DNA of 64,000 bases. It comes from Anaeramoeba ignava BMAN (taxonomy: Eukaryota > Protista > Anaeramoebae). Of this stretch, positions 37,860 through 51,470 are shown piece by piece. The stretch spans positions 1 through 64,000 of the forward strand of contig JAPDFW010000025.1 of assembly GCA_028826165.1 (NCBI GenBank), written 5' to 3'. Under the pieces are notes generated by a model. It had not been told where the DNA came from. It was given only the letters and a program-made list of their open reading frames with translations, and searched no databases. A program made the translations under genes and the position numbers. The first letter of the stretch is position 1. The number at the start of each line of letters is the position of its first letter.

Positions 37860-40140
37860 ATAAAAAAATAAAAAGTGGAACAAATAATTTTAAATTGAAT
37901 TAAATTGAATTAAATATAAATTAAAATAAATTAAATTCTTGTTATTTTTTAAATAAATAAAAAGTGGAACAAATAATTTTAAATTAAATTGAATAATTAA
38001 ATTAAATTAAATTGAATTAAATTAAATTAAATTAAATTCTAGTTATTTTTTAAATAAATAAAAAGTGGAACAAATAATTTTGAATTAAATTAAAATAAGA
38101 ATTAAATTAAATTCTTGTTATTTTTTAAATAAATAAAAAGTGGAACAAATAATTTTGAATTAAATTAAATATAAATAAATTAAATTCTTGTTATTTTTTA
38201 AATAAATAAAAAGTGGAACAAATAATTTTGAATTAAATTAAATATAAATAAATTAAAATCTAGTTATTTTTTAAATAAATAAAAAGTGGAACAAATAATT
38301 TTGAATTAAATTGAATTGAAATAAATTAAATTATTGTTATGTTTTAAATAAATAAAAAGTGGAACAAATAATTTTGAATTAAATTAAATTAAATTAAATT
38401 GAATAATTAAATTAAATTAAATTAAATTAAATTAAATTTAAAGTTTTAAAATAAATAAAAAAGTGGAACAAATAATTTTGAATTAAATTAAATTAAATTA
38501 AATTAAAATATAAAAATATATTAAATTCTTGTTATTTTTTAAATAAATAAAAAGTGGAACAAATAATTTTGAATTAAATTAAATATAAATAATAAATTAA
38601 ATTAAATTGAATTAAATTAAATATAAATAATAAATTAAATTAAATTGAATTAAATTCTAGTTATGTTTTAAATAAATAAAAAGTGGAACAAATAATTTTG
38701 AATTAAATTGAATTAAATTAAAATAAATAAATTAAAATCTAGTTATTTTTAAATAAAAATAAAAAGTGGAACAAATAATTTTAAATTAAATATAAATTAA
38801 ATTAAATTAAAATCTAGTTATTTTTTAAATAAATAAAAAGTGGAACAAATAATTTTAAATTAAATATAAATTAAATTAAATTAAAATCTAGTTATTTTTT
38901 AAATAAATAAAAAGTGGAACAAATAATTTTGAATTAAATTGAATTAAAATAAATTAAATTCTTGTTATTTTTTAAATAAATAAAAAGTGGAACAAATAAT
39001 TTTTAAATTAAATTAAATTGAATTAAATTGAATTAAATTAAATTAAATATAAATTAAATTAAATTCTTGTTATTTTTTAAATAAATAAAAAGTGGAACAA
39101 ATAATTTTGAATTAAATTAAATTGAATAATTAAATTAAATTAAAATCTAGTTATTTTTTAAATAAATAAAAAGTGGAACAAATAATATTAAATTAAATTA
39201 AATATAAATAATAAATTGAATTAAATTGAATTAAATTAAATTAAATTGAATTAAATTCTAGTTATGTTTTAAATAAATAAAAAATGGAACAAATAATTTT
39301 GAATTAAATATAAATTGAAATAAATTAAATTCTTTTTATTTTTTAAATAAATAAAAAGTGGAACAAATAATTTTGAATTAAATTGAATTAAATTGAATTA
39401 AAATCTAGTTATTTTTTAAATAAATAAAAAGTGGAACAAATAATTTTGAATTAAATATAAATTAAATTGAATTAAAAATTAAATTAAATTAAATTCTTGT
39501 TATTTTTTAAATAAATAAAAAGTGGAACAAATAATTTTGAATTAAATTAAATTGAATAATTAAATTGAATTAAATTCTTGTTATTTTTTAAATAAATAAA
39601 AAGTGGAACAAATAATTTTAAATTAAATTAAATTGAATTAAATTAAATTAAATTAAATTAAATTCTAGTTATTTTTAAATAAATAAATAAATAAAAAGTG
39701 GAACAAATAATTTTGAATTAAATTAAATATAATTAAATTAAAATCTAGTTATGTTTTAAATAAATAAAAAGTGGAACAAATAATTTTTGAATTAAATTAA
39801 ATTGAATAATTAAATTAAATTAAAATCTTGTTATGTTTTAAATAAATAAAAAGTGGAACAAATAATTTTAAATTAAATTAAATTAAATTAAATTAAATTC
39901 TTGTTATGTTTTAAATAAATAAAAAGTGGAATAAATAATTTTAAATTAAATTAAATATAAATAATAAATTAAATTAAATTAAATTAAATTAAAATATAAA
40001 AATATATTAAAATCTTGTTATTTTTTAAATAAATAAAAAGTGGAACAAATAATTTTGAATTAAATTAAATTAAAATAAATTAAATTCTTGTTATTTTTTA
40101 AATAAATAAAAAGTGGAACAAATAATTTTAAATTAAAATA
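37860..40140. repeat. Satellite: conserved ~45-bp block (gttattttttaaataaataaaaaGTGGAACaaataatttt) separated by variable (aaatt/gaatt)n tracts, ~27 copies
   Basis: The block recurs every ~60-130 bp. Confidence 0.95.
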
Positions 40141-40318
40141 TAAATTAGTAATTATTTTAAAAATTTAATATATAATTACTCATGATGATTCACTTTTTTT
40201 AATAATGATGAGTCAATTTTTTTAATTAAAAAAAAAAAAAAAATAAAAATAAAATAAAAAAATAAAAATAAAAAAAATTTTTTTTTTAATTAATTTCATT
40301 TTTCTAAAATTTTCTTTA

Positions 40319-41904
40319 ATGATTTCGAGTTTAATTAAAAAACAACAAACAAAACCAAAACCAATTCCATTAACAAAAACACTTTTGAAAGCATTTAGTG
40401 TAAGATCAAAAGAAAATAAGAAAGAAAATAATAAAATTAAATAATAAAATAAAAGAAAAGAAAATATAAAAGAAAATATCAAAAAAGAATTCATAAACAA
40501 TTCCAACACAACAAAATAATAAAAGAATAGAAAGAAAAAGATTTAAAAATATAATTAAAAAAATGATAAAAATAATAATAATAAAAAAAAATTTTTTTTT
40601 ATAATTGAATAACAAGTTGACATTAACAAATTGATTTAATAATTATTTTAAAAAATACTTTTTATTTTTTTGACATAATTTAAATTTTAATTTTAAATTT
40701 TTAATTTTAATTTGATTTTTGATTTTTATTTATAAAAAAAAAGACCCAAACAAACTTTGATACAATCATTATTGGAGCTGGTTCAATCGGTGTTCCAACT
40801 GCAATGGAACTCCAAGAAGCAGGACTCAAAGTTCTTGTTCTTGATAAACGAGCATCACCAGGTCAAGGAGACAACAAATGCGCAATTGGAGGAATTCGAG
40901 CAACACATTCAAACGCATCAAAAATACTTTCAGGATTAAGATCATTAAAAATATTCTCACAATGGAAAGAAAAACACGGATTTGAAATAGAATGGAAAAA
41001 GGGAGGATATTTATTTCCAGTTTATCGAGAAGCGGAAGAAAAAGCGTTGAAATCAATTTTGCCGATTCAACAATCATTTGGGATGGAAATAGACTTTGTA
41101 AGTGCGGATCGAGTGAAAGAATTAGTACCAGGAATTAACGAAAACGGATTACGAGGAGGAACATGGTCACCAAACGATGGTTCAGCATCACCAATGCTTT
41201 CATCATTAGGATTTTATAAATATGCAACCGAACTTGGAGCACAATTTCATTTCAAAGAAGAAGTGATTGAGTTTATAAGAGACAGTCACGGGGCGTTAAC
41301 AGGAGTTAAAACAGCACTTGGAACATATCACGCACCAATCATCATTGACGCAGCAGGAGCTGCATCACCAAAACTAATGAAACAAATTGGATTGAACCTT
41401 CCTGTCGAACCAGATTCGCACGAGGCTGGGATCACAGAACCCACCGAGAAATTCTTCTCCCCAATGGTTGTGGACATGCGACCAGGCAAGGGATCCAAAA
41501 ATTACTACTTCTACCAGAACATCCATGGTCAGGTCATCTTCTGCATAACACCCGATCCTGCTATAAAAGGTTTGGATCGCGAAGAAACTTCGGTCTTCCT
41601 TCCTCAGGTCTCTAAGCGAATCATCGATCTCCTCCCTCGTCTCGCTAATGTCCGTGTTCGTCGTACTTGGAGAGGATTATATCCTATGACCCCTGATGGT
41701 AACCCCCTTCTTGGTTGGAATAAAGAAGTCAAAGGTCTCTTTACTGCTACTGGTATGTGCGGTCAAGGCTATATGCTTGGCCCAGGTTATGCTACTGCTA
41801 TCAGAAGCGCTATTACTAAGAAGGAAATGAGCAAGGATGATAATACTATTCTTTCTGCTGCTGACCCCCATAGAACCTTCCAGGGAACTGAAATTTTCAA
41901 ATAA
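40319..41904 (+). CDS. FAD-dependent oxidoreductase (DAO/sarcosine oxidase beta-like), copy 1, with N-terminal presequence exon
   Basis: Exon 1 40319-40399 (MISSLIKKQQTKPKPIPLTKTLLKAFS); intron to 40743; then TQTNFDTIIIGAGSIG (Rossmann GxGxxG), RTWRGLYPMTPDGNPLLG and ATGMCGQGYMLGPG. Confidence 0.9.
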
Positions 41905-42149
41905 TTTTTTTGTTCCTCTTTTTTTTTTGCTTTTTTCTCTTTTCTCTTTTTCATTTTCGCCTTTTTAGTTCTTTTTTTAACTCTTGGGTGACATTGACTT
42001 TTCTCAATTACATTCAATTTAATTCCTATTTTTTTTTTCTTTTTCTTTTCTTTTTCTTTTTCTTTTTCTTTAAAATTTCTTTGATAAAACGTCTTGATAA
42101 ACCGGAAATTTTTCAATTCAATTTTTTTTTTCATTTAAAACTCAATTCC

Positions 42150-45130
42150 ATTTAATAATCAATTTAATAATCAATTTAATAATTAATTTAATAATCAATT
42201 TAATAATAAATTTAATAATCAATTTCAAATCAAGTTAATAATCAATTTAATAATTAATTTAATAATCAATTTAATAATCAATTTAATAATCAATTTAATA
42301 ATCAATTTAATAATTAATTTAATAATTAATTTAATAAGTAAGTTAACAATCCAAATTTAAATATCAGTTTAACATTAATACAATAATAAATTTAATAATC
42401 AATTTAATAATTAATTTAATAATCAATTTAATAATTAATTTAATAATTAATTTAATAATAAATTTAATAATCAATTTAATAATAAATTTAATAATAAATT
42501 TAATAATCAATTTTAATAATCAATTTAATAATCAATTTAATAATCAATTTAATTTAATAATTAATTTTCTAAAATTTAAATCAATTAATATCAATTTAAT
42601 AATCAATTTAATAATCAATTTATTAATAATTTTTAAAATCAATTTAATAATCAATTTAATAATAAAAAATTTTAATCAATTTAATAATCAATTTAATAAT
42701 AATCAATTTTAATAATCAATTTAATAATCATTTTTAATTTAATAATCAATTTTAATAATTTAATTTAATTTAATAATCAATTTTAATTAATTTAATCAAA
42801 TTTAATAATAAATTTAATAATCAATTTAATAATAAATTTAATAATTAATTTAATAATTAATTTTAATAATTTATTCTAAAATCATTTAAAAATCAATTTC
42901 TAAATCAATTCTAAATCAATTAATAAATCAATTTATAAATAAATTTCTAAATCAATTATAAATCAATTATAAATCAATTTAACCAAATCAGAAATAAAAT
43001 ATAAATCAATCCAAATCAATTCTAAAATCAATTATAAATCAATTCTAAATTTCTAAATCAATTTCAAATCAATTTAAATCAATTCTAAATCAATTTTAAA
43101 AGTAATTAATTTAATAATTAATTTAATAATCAATTTAATAATTTAATAATTAATTTAATAATCAAATTTAATAATCAATTTAATAATCAATTTTAATAAT
43201 CAATTTAATAATCAATTACCGTATAAATTTAATAATCAATTTTAATCAATTTTAATTAATCAATTAATAATTAATTTAATAATCAATTTTAATAATCAAT
43301 TTAATAATCAATTTAATAATCAATTTAATAATCAATTTAATAATCAATTTAATAATTAATTTAATAATCAAATTTAATAATCAATTTAATAATTCAATTT
43401 AATAATCAATTTAATAATCAATTTAATAATCAATTTAATAATTAATTTAATAATCAATTCAAAATCAATTTAATAATAAATTTAATAATTAATTTAATAA
43501 TTAACTAATAAATTTAATAATAAATTTAATAATCAATTTAATAATCAATTTAATAATCAATTTTAATAATCAATTTTAATAATAATTTAATTTAATAAAT
43601 CAATTTAATAATTAATTTAATAATAAAATTTAATTTAAAATTAATTTAATAATTAATTTAATAATCAATTTAATAATCAATTTAATAATAAATTTTAATA
43701 ATCAATTCAATAATCAATTTTTAATAATCAATTCCAAATAATCAATTTCAAATAATCAATTTTAATAATCAATTTAAAATCAATTTTACAATAAATTTTA
43801 ATAATCAATTTAATAAAAAATTTAACAATTCAATTTAATAATCAATTTAATAATCAATTTAATAATCAATTTTAATAATCAATTTTAATCAATTTAATAA
43901 AATTTAATAAATAAATTTAACCAATAATTAATTTAATAAAAATTTAATAATCAATTTAATAATCAATTTAATAATCAATTTAATAATCAATTTAATAATC
44001 AATTTAATAATCAATTTAATAATCAATTTAATAATCAATTATAATAATCAATTTAATTTAATCAAATTTAATCAATTTAAATTAATTTAATTTAATCAAT
44101 TTAATAATTAATTTAATCAATTTAATAATTAATTTAATAATCAATTTAATAATCAATTTAATAATCAATTTTTAATAATCAATTTAATAATCAATTTAAT
44201 AATCAATTTAATAATCAATTTAATAATCAAGTTAATAATCAATTTAATAATCAAAATTTTAATAATCAATTTTAATAATCAATTTAATAATCAATTTAAT
44301 AATCAATTTAATAAATCAATTTAATAATCAATTTAATAATTAATTTAATAATCAATTTAATAATAAATTTAATAATCAATTTAATAATTAATTTAATAAT
44401 TAATTTAATAATTAATTTAATAATTAATTTAATAATTAATTTAATAATCGAATTTAATAATTAATTTAATAATTAAATTTAAAAATCAATTTAATAATCA
44501 ATTTAATAATCAATTTATTAATTAATTTTAATAATCAATTTAATAATCAATTATAAATCAATTTTATAAATCAATTTATAAATCAATTTATAAATCAATT
44601 ATAAATCAATTATAAATCAATTCTAAATCAATTCTAAATCAATTTATAAATCAATTTATAAATCAATTATAAATCAATTAAATCATTATAAATCAATTTT
44701 AAAATCAATTTTAATAATTAAATTTAATAATTAATTTAATAATAAATTTAATAAGTAAGTTAATAAGTAATTTAACAATCCAAATTTAATAATCAATTTT
44801 AATAATCAATTTAATAATAAATTTAATAATCAATTCAATAATAAATTTAATAATTAATTTAATAATCAATTTAATAATTAATTTAATAATTAAGTTAACA
44901 ATCCAAATTTAATAATTAATTTAATAATTAATTTAATAATCAATTTAATAATTAATTTAATAATCAATTTAATAATTAATTTCATAATAAATTTAATAAT
45001 CAATTTAATAATCAATTTAATAATCAATTTAATAATCAATTCCAAATAAATTTAATAATTAATTTAATAATTAATTTAATAATTAATTTAATAAGTAAGT
45101 TAACAATCCAAATTTAAATATCATTTTAAC
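42150..45130. repeat. ~12-bp minisatellite (aatcaatttaat)n between the oxidoreductase paralogues
   Basis: Direct reading; degenerate in the middle. Confidence 0.92.
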
Positions 45131-45588
45131 ATTAATAAATAATTAAAATATTTACCTTTTCAATTCAAATGATAATGATAATAATAATGGAAATAATGAT
45201 GGCAAAAAATATTAATAGAAAAAATTAAATAGAAAAAATAAATTAATAAAAAGAATTTGGAATTGAAAGAAAATAAAATTTTTTTATTTGAGACTCCCCC
45301 AATTTAATTAAAAAAAAACAAAATCAAACCAAAAATAAGTAAAATCCAAACAAAAACTCAAAAAAAAGAATTGAAAAGTTTTTTTTATTTTTTGGAACAC
45401 TAAATTAACTTTCTTTTAATTATTTCAAAACAAAAAAATATTATATCAGTTCAATTACAAATCTCTTTTAAAAAAATGTTGGATAATTGTTACTCCCCCA
45501 TTTATAAAAAAAAAAGTTTAAAAGCAATCCAAAAAAAAAAAATTTTGATTCATTTCTTTTTTTTTTTTTTTTGTTTAAATTTATATCA

Positions 45589-47036
45589 ATGTTTCCAAAT
45601 TTAATTAACAAACTAAAACCACAAACCAAAACAATTCAATTAGCACGAACCTTTTTGAAATCATTTAAAGTAAGATATAAAGGAAATAAGAAAAACAATT
45701 TAAAATAAAAATTAAAAATTTTTAAATAAAAAGATCAATTAAAAAAGAAGAAACAAAAAATTTTTTTTTTTAAAAAGATCAATAAAAAAAATACTCTTTA
45801 TTTTTTTAACATAATTTAATCTTTTAATTTAAATTTTTTTAATTTGATTTTTGATTTTTATTTAAAAAAAAAAAGACCCAAACAAACTTTGATACAATCA
45901 TTATTGGAGCTGGTTCAATCGGTGTTCCGACTGCAATGGAACTCCAAGAAGCAGGACTCAAAGTTCTTGTTCTTGATAAACGAGCATCACCAGGTCAAGG
46001 AGACAACAAACGAGCACTTGGGGGAATTCGAGCAACACATTCAAACGCATCAAAAATAATTTCAGGATTAAGATCATTAAAAATATTCTCACAATGGAAA
46101 GAAAAACACGGATTTGATATAGAATGGAAAAAGGGAGGATATTTATTTCCAGTTTATCGAGAAGCGGAAGAAAAAGCGTTGAAATCAATTTTGCCGTTTC
46201 AGAAATCATTTGGGATGGAAATAGACTTTATAAGTGCGGATCGAGTGAAAGAATTAGTACCAGGAATTAGCGAAGAAGGATTACGAGGAGGAACATGGTC
46301 ACCAAACGATGGTTCAGCATCACCAATGCTTTCATCATTAGGATTTTATAAATATGCAACCGAACTTGGAGCACAATTTCATTTCAAAGAAGAAGTGATT
46401 GAGTTTATAAGAGATAGTCATGGAACATTAACAGGAGTTAAAACAACACAAGGGAAATATCACGCACCAATCATCATTGACGCAGCAGGAGCTGCATCAC
46501 CAAAACTAATGAAACAAATTGGATTAGAGCTTCCTGTCGAACCAGATTCACACGAGGCTGGGATCACAGCACCCGTTCAGAGACTGTTTTCCCCAATGGT
46601 TATTGACATGCGACCAACTAAGGGATCCAAAAATTGTTACTTCTACCAGAATTATCACGGTCAGATAATCTTCTGTTATACTCCAGATCCTGTTATCAAA
46701 GGTTTGGATCGCGAAGAAACTTCTACTTTCCTTCCTCACGTCGCTAAGCGGATGATTAAAGTCCTCCCACGTCTCGCTAATCTTCGTGTTCGTCGTACTT
46801 GGAGAGGATTATATCCTATGACCCCTGATGGTCATCCCCTTCTTGGTTGGAATAAAGAAGTCAAAGGTCTCTTTACTGCTACTGGTATGTGCGGTCAAGG
46901 CTTTTTGCTTGGCCCAGGTTATGCTACTGCTATCAGAAGCGCTATTACACAAAATGAAATTGAAAAAGATGATGATGTAATTCTTTCTGCTGCTGACCCC
47001 CATAGAACCTTCAAGGGAACTGAAATTTTCAAATAA
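45589..47036 (+). CDS. FAD-dependent oxidoreductase, copy 2
   Basis: Exon 1 45589-45669 (MFPNLINKLKPQTKTIQLARTFLKSFK); intron to 45875; exon 2 highly similar to copy 1. Confidence 0.9.
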
Positions 47037-47118
47037 TTTTTTTGTTCCACTTTTTTTTTTCAATTCATTTTTTTTTTTAAAATCATTTTTTTCATTTTTT
47101 TTTTTTCATTTTAAAATT

Positions 47119-49444
47119 ATGAATTTCCTTTCTTTTTTATTCTTTACTTTTCTTTTTATATTCATTACTTCTTCTAAATCAGATTCTTTAAATAATTTTG
47201 AAATTGAAGGAAAAGTAATAATTCCAGGAACATCTCGAATTCCTCAATTTAAAATTATATTAAATGGAGGAAAATATGTTTCTTTTACAGCTTTAAATGG
47301 AAAATTTAATTTGTAAAAAATTTAAATAAAAATTTAAATAAAAATTTAAATAAAAAATTTAATTAAAAAATTTAATTCATAAAAAAAAAAAGTCATGGTT
47401 TGCAAAAAGGTGTTTATTATCTTGAGGTAGTTTCTTCAGATTATATTTTTTCTCCAGTAATTTTTTTAACTCAAAAAAATTTTTTTTTCTTTATAAAATA
47501 AAAAATAAAATAAAATAAAATAAATAATAAAAAATAAATTAAAAAGGTTGTTATTGATGTTCATATGAGAAAAGAAGGAGAAATTAGAATTCAAACTGCA
47601 GATGAAACTAATAAAAAATTAAAATATCCTTTAAAATTAATTCCTCTTAAACAAGTTTATTTTTCTGTTCAAAAACCTCCTTTTCAATTTGCAAATCTTT
47701 TAAAAAATCCAATGATTTTAATGCTTGGTTCTTCACTTATATTTATGTTTATTGTTCCGAAAATGATGAAAAATATTGGTATTCAAATCTATTATTTAAT
47801 ATAATATTTAATATAATATTTAATATAATATTTAATATAATATTTAATATAATATTTAATATAATATTTAATATAATATTTAATATAATATTTAATATAA
47901 TATTTAATATAATATTTATTTCAATATTTAATATAATATTTAATTTAATATTTAATATAATATTTAATATAATATTTAATATAATATTTAATATAATATT
48001 CTTTTAATATAATATAATTTAATATTTAATATTTAATATAATATAATATTTAATTTAATATTTTATTTAATATTTTATTTTTTATTTTTTTAATTAATAT
48101 TTAATATTTAATATAATATTTAATATAATATTTAATTTAATATTTAATACTTTTTTAATATTTAATATAATATTTAATATATATAATTATTTATAATATA
48201 TATAATATTTAATTATTTATTTTAATATTTAATAAAAGCTATTTTATTTAATTATTTAATATATTTAATATAATATTTATTATAATATTTAATTTAATAT
48301 TTAATATAATATTTAATATAATATTTTAATATTTAATATTTAATATTTAATTTTTTAATATTTATTATATAATATTTTTAATTTAATATTTAATATTTAA
48401 TTATTAATATAATATTTTATATAATATTTAATATATATTTTTTATATTTAATTTAATATTTAATATAATATTTAATATAATATTTAATATAATATTTAAT
48501 ATATTTTAATATAATATTTAATATAATATTTATTTTAATATTTAATATAATATTTAATATAATTTAATTTAATATTAAATATTTATAATATTTAATATTT
48601 AATTATAATATTTAATATTTATATAATATATATATTTAATTTTTAATGTATAATATTTTATTTTTTTAATATTTAATATAATATTTATTTTAATATTTAA
48701 TATAATATTTAATTTAATATTTAATATTTATTTTTAATATTTAATATAATATTTAATTTAATATTTAATATAATATTTAATTTAATATTTAATTTAATAT
48801 TTAATTTAATATTTAATTTTAATATTTAATTTAATATTTAATATAATATTTAATTATTTAATATAATATTTTAATTTAATATTTAATTTAATATTTAATT
48901 TAATATTTAATATAATATTTAATATAATATTTAATTTATAATATTTAATATAATATTTAATATTTAATATTTAATATAATATTTATTTTTATTTATTTTA
49001 ATATAATATTTATTTTTAATATTTAATATTTAATATAATATTTAATATAATATTTAATATATTATTTAATATAATATTTAATATAATATTTAATTTAATA
49101 TTTAATATAATATTTAATATAATATTTAATTTAATATTTAATATAATATTTAATATAATATTTAATTTAATATTTAATATAATATTTAATATAATATTTA
49201 ATATAATATTTAATATAATATTTATTATAATATTTAATATTTAATATAATATTTAATATAATATTTAATTTAATATTTAATAACTATAGATCCAAATGAT
49301 TTACCTCAACTCAACCAAAGAGATGACAAAGGAAATCCTGTTGGTTTATTGTCTCAAATGTCACAACTACTAAATCAACAAATGGAAAAAAGTCAACCAA
49401 TGAAAAAAAGCACAGCAAAAAAAAACAAAAAAAAACAAAAATAA
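47119..49444 (+). CDS. EMC7: ER membrane protein complex subunit 7
   Basis: Signal peptide, IEGKV, GVYYLEVVSSDYIFSPVVIDV, YF..KPPFQFANLLKNPMILML..PKMMKNIDP. Exons 47119-47312, 47393-47456, 47547-47778, 49290-49444. Confidence 0.85.
47779..49289 (+). repeat. EMC7 intron filled with (aatataatattt)n
   Basis: A/T-only 12-bp repeat between GT and TAG. Confidence 0.9.
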
Positions 49445-49663
49445 ATCTCGAAAATAATCAAATAGAATTCTGATTAATTCAAAAGAAAAGAAAAAAAAAA
49501 AGAAAATTTACTTCAAAATCTTTTTTTTTCTGAATTAATCAAGTTTTACTTTTACTTAAATTGAAATCAAACAAAAGCAAAATAAAATAAAAATAATCCA
49601 AATATTCCACTTTTATTTCTGAAATGAATTTAAAAAAAAAAAATCAATTTAAAGAAAATGAAC

Positions 49664-51163
49664 TTAAAAACGTTTTATCAATTCAGCAAGTGGAGCAAAA
49701 TCTGATTTTTTCATTAATCCAAATTCTCCAACAAAATAATAGAAATGTTTAAAAGTCTAAAAAACAAAGAAAAAAAACAAAGAAAAAAAAGAAAGAAAGA
49801 AATTTTATTAGAAATCTTTTTGTTTTGTCTTTTAATACTGTATTCAAATGTGCTTCAGCTCCAATATCAATAACCGCTTGGAAATGACAAAGAAAAATAT
49901 GAGCAAAAATTCGAAATAATCTATTCAAAAAAAATCAAAACAAAAAGAATCAAATTTTCATTATTTTTCTTTATAAAAAAAAACCTTCTAAAAATATTTG
50001 AAACAATTGATTTAAAATTTTTTGGAAAAGGTTGATCAGGATCTTTTGGGAATGAATCTAAAAAAACAATTTTATTTTTTCCAAATAATTTAATGATTTA
50101 AAGAAAATAAGGAAATTTATAAATTAAGATTACCTTCATCATCAAGTTGTTCTTCAATCCAATTAAGTAATTTTTGGATATATTCAGGAGCACTTTTTTT
50201 TCAACATTTTTTTGAAGATTTTTTGAAGATTTAGATTTATATTTATATTTATATTTAGATTTATATTTATATTTATATTTATATTTATATTTATATTTAT
50301 ATTTATATTTATATTTATATTTATATTTATATTTATATTTATATTTATATTTATATTTAGATTTATATTTATATTTATATTTATATTTAGATTTATATTT
50401 ATATTTATATTTATATTTATATTTATATTTATATTTATATTTAGATTTAGATTTAGATTTATATTTAGATTTAGATTTAGATTTTAATTCACCTTAATCT
50501 AATAATTTTTTTCTTTTCTTGCCAAAGATATTCAAATCTAAAAAGAAAAAATTTAATTTAATTTAATTTAATTTAATTTGTGTTTAATTCCTTATTCTTA
50601 CGATGGTCCTGCATTCATTACTGGACAGGTTTCTTGAGTACAGCATGGTTCAATTGCTCCAAATAATAGGTTTGCTTTATTATAAAAATCAACAACAGCA
50701 ACAGCAAGCCAACTTTTTTAATCAAATAAATAAAAATTAAAAAAAAAAAAGTGGAATTAATTTTTTTATTCTTTTTTTTATTCTTTTTCTTTTTACTCTC
50801 CTAATGACTTGAAAATAAAAATAAAAATAAGTTTAAATCTTTAATTAATTTTGTTTTTGTTTTATTGTTGTTTTTATTTTACTGTTTCTTTTGGTAATTT
50901 AACAGATTGTTTTAAATTATGAGCTCCTAAAGTTGCAACTGATTCTTTATATAAAGAATATCTTTTTGTTCCAGGATCAATTTTTTTCTTTTTTCTAACA
51001 GTTTTATTTTTACTGAAAATAATTCAAAAAAAAAAGAAAGAAAAGAAAAGAAAAAAATAAGAAAGAATTTTAATTGATCAGATGATCAACTTTGATCTAA
51101 ATATAAAAAAAATCAATTTTTAATTATTAATAAAATCATTTACAAAAAACCAAAAAAACTCAT
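49664..51163 (-). CDS. MOB kinase activator family protein (MOB1/MOB3-like), many small exons; absent from ORF track
   Basis: Spliced translation gives [33 protein letters not shown]...[13 protein letters not shown]...[30 protein letters not shown]...[12 protein letters not shown]...[20 protein letters not shown]. Confidence 0.9.
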
Positions 51164-51470
51164 TTCCTTTCAAGTTTTGTTTTTAATTTTTAGTTTATAA
51201 TTTTAAATTTTAAATTTTATTAAAAAAAATTGGAAAGAAAAAAAATGAAAAAAATGGATTAAAAAAAAAAATAAAAAATTGATTAAAAAATTTTATGTAA
51301 AGTCTAAACCCAATTTGGTTTTTATTATCTTGAGAGTGAGAGTGAGTTATTAAAAAGAAAAAAGAAAGAAAAAAAAATCAAAAACTTGAACTTGAAAATG
51401 ATCAAAGAAATTCAAATCAGAAAAAAAAAAGGTGAAAAAAGAAAAAAATTTTTTTTGATTTCTTATTTTT

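Noticed and set aside
37860-40140. CRISPR-like repeat/spacer appearance
   Set aside because: Spacers are low-complexity pentamer tracts, not unique sequence. No cas genes, and the context is eukaryotic.
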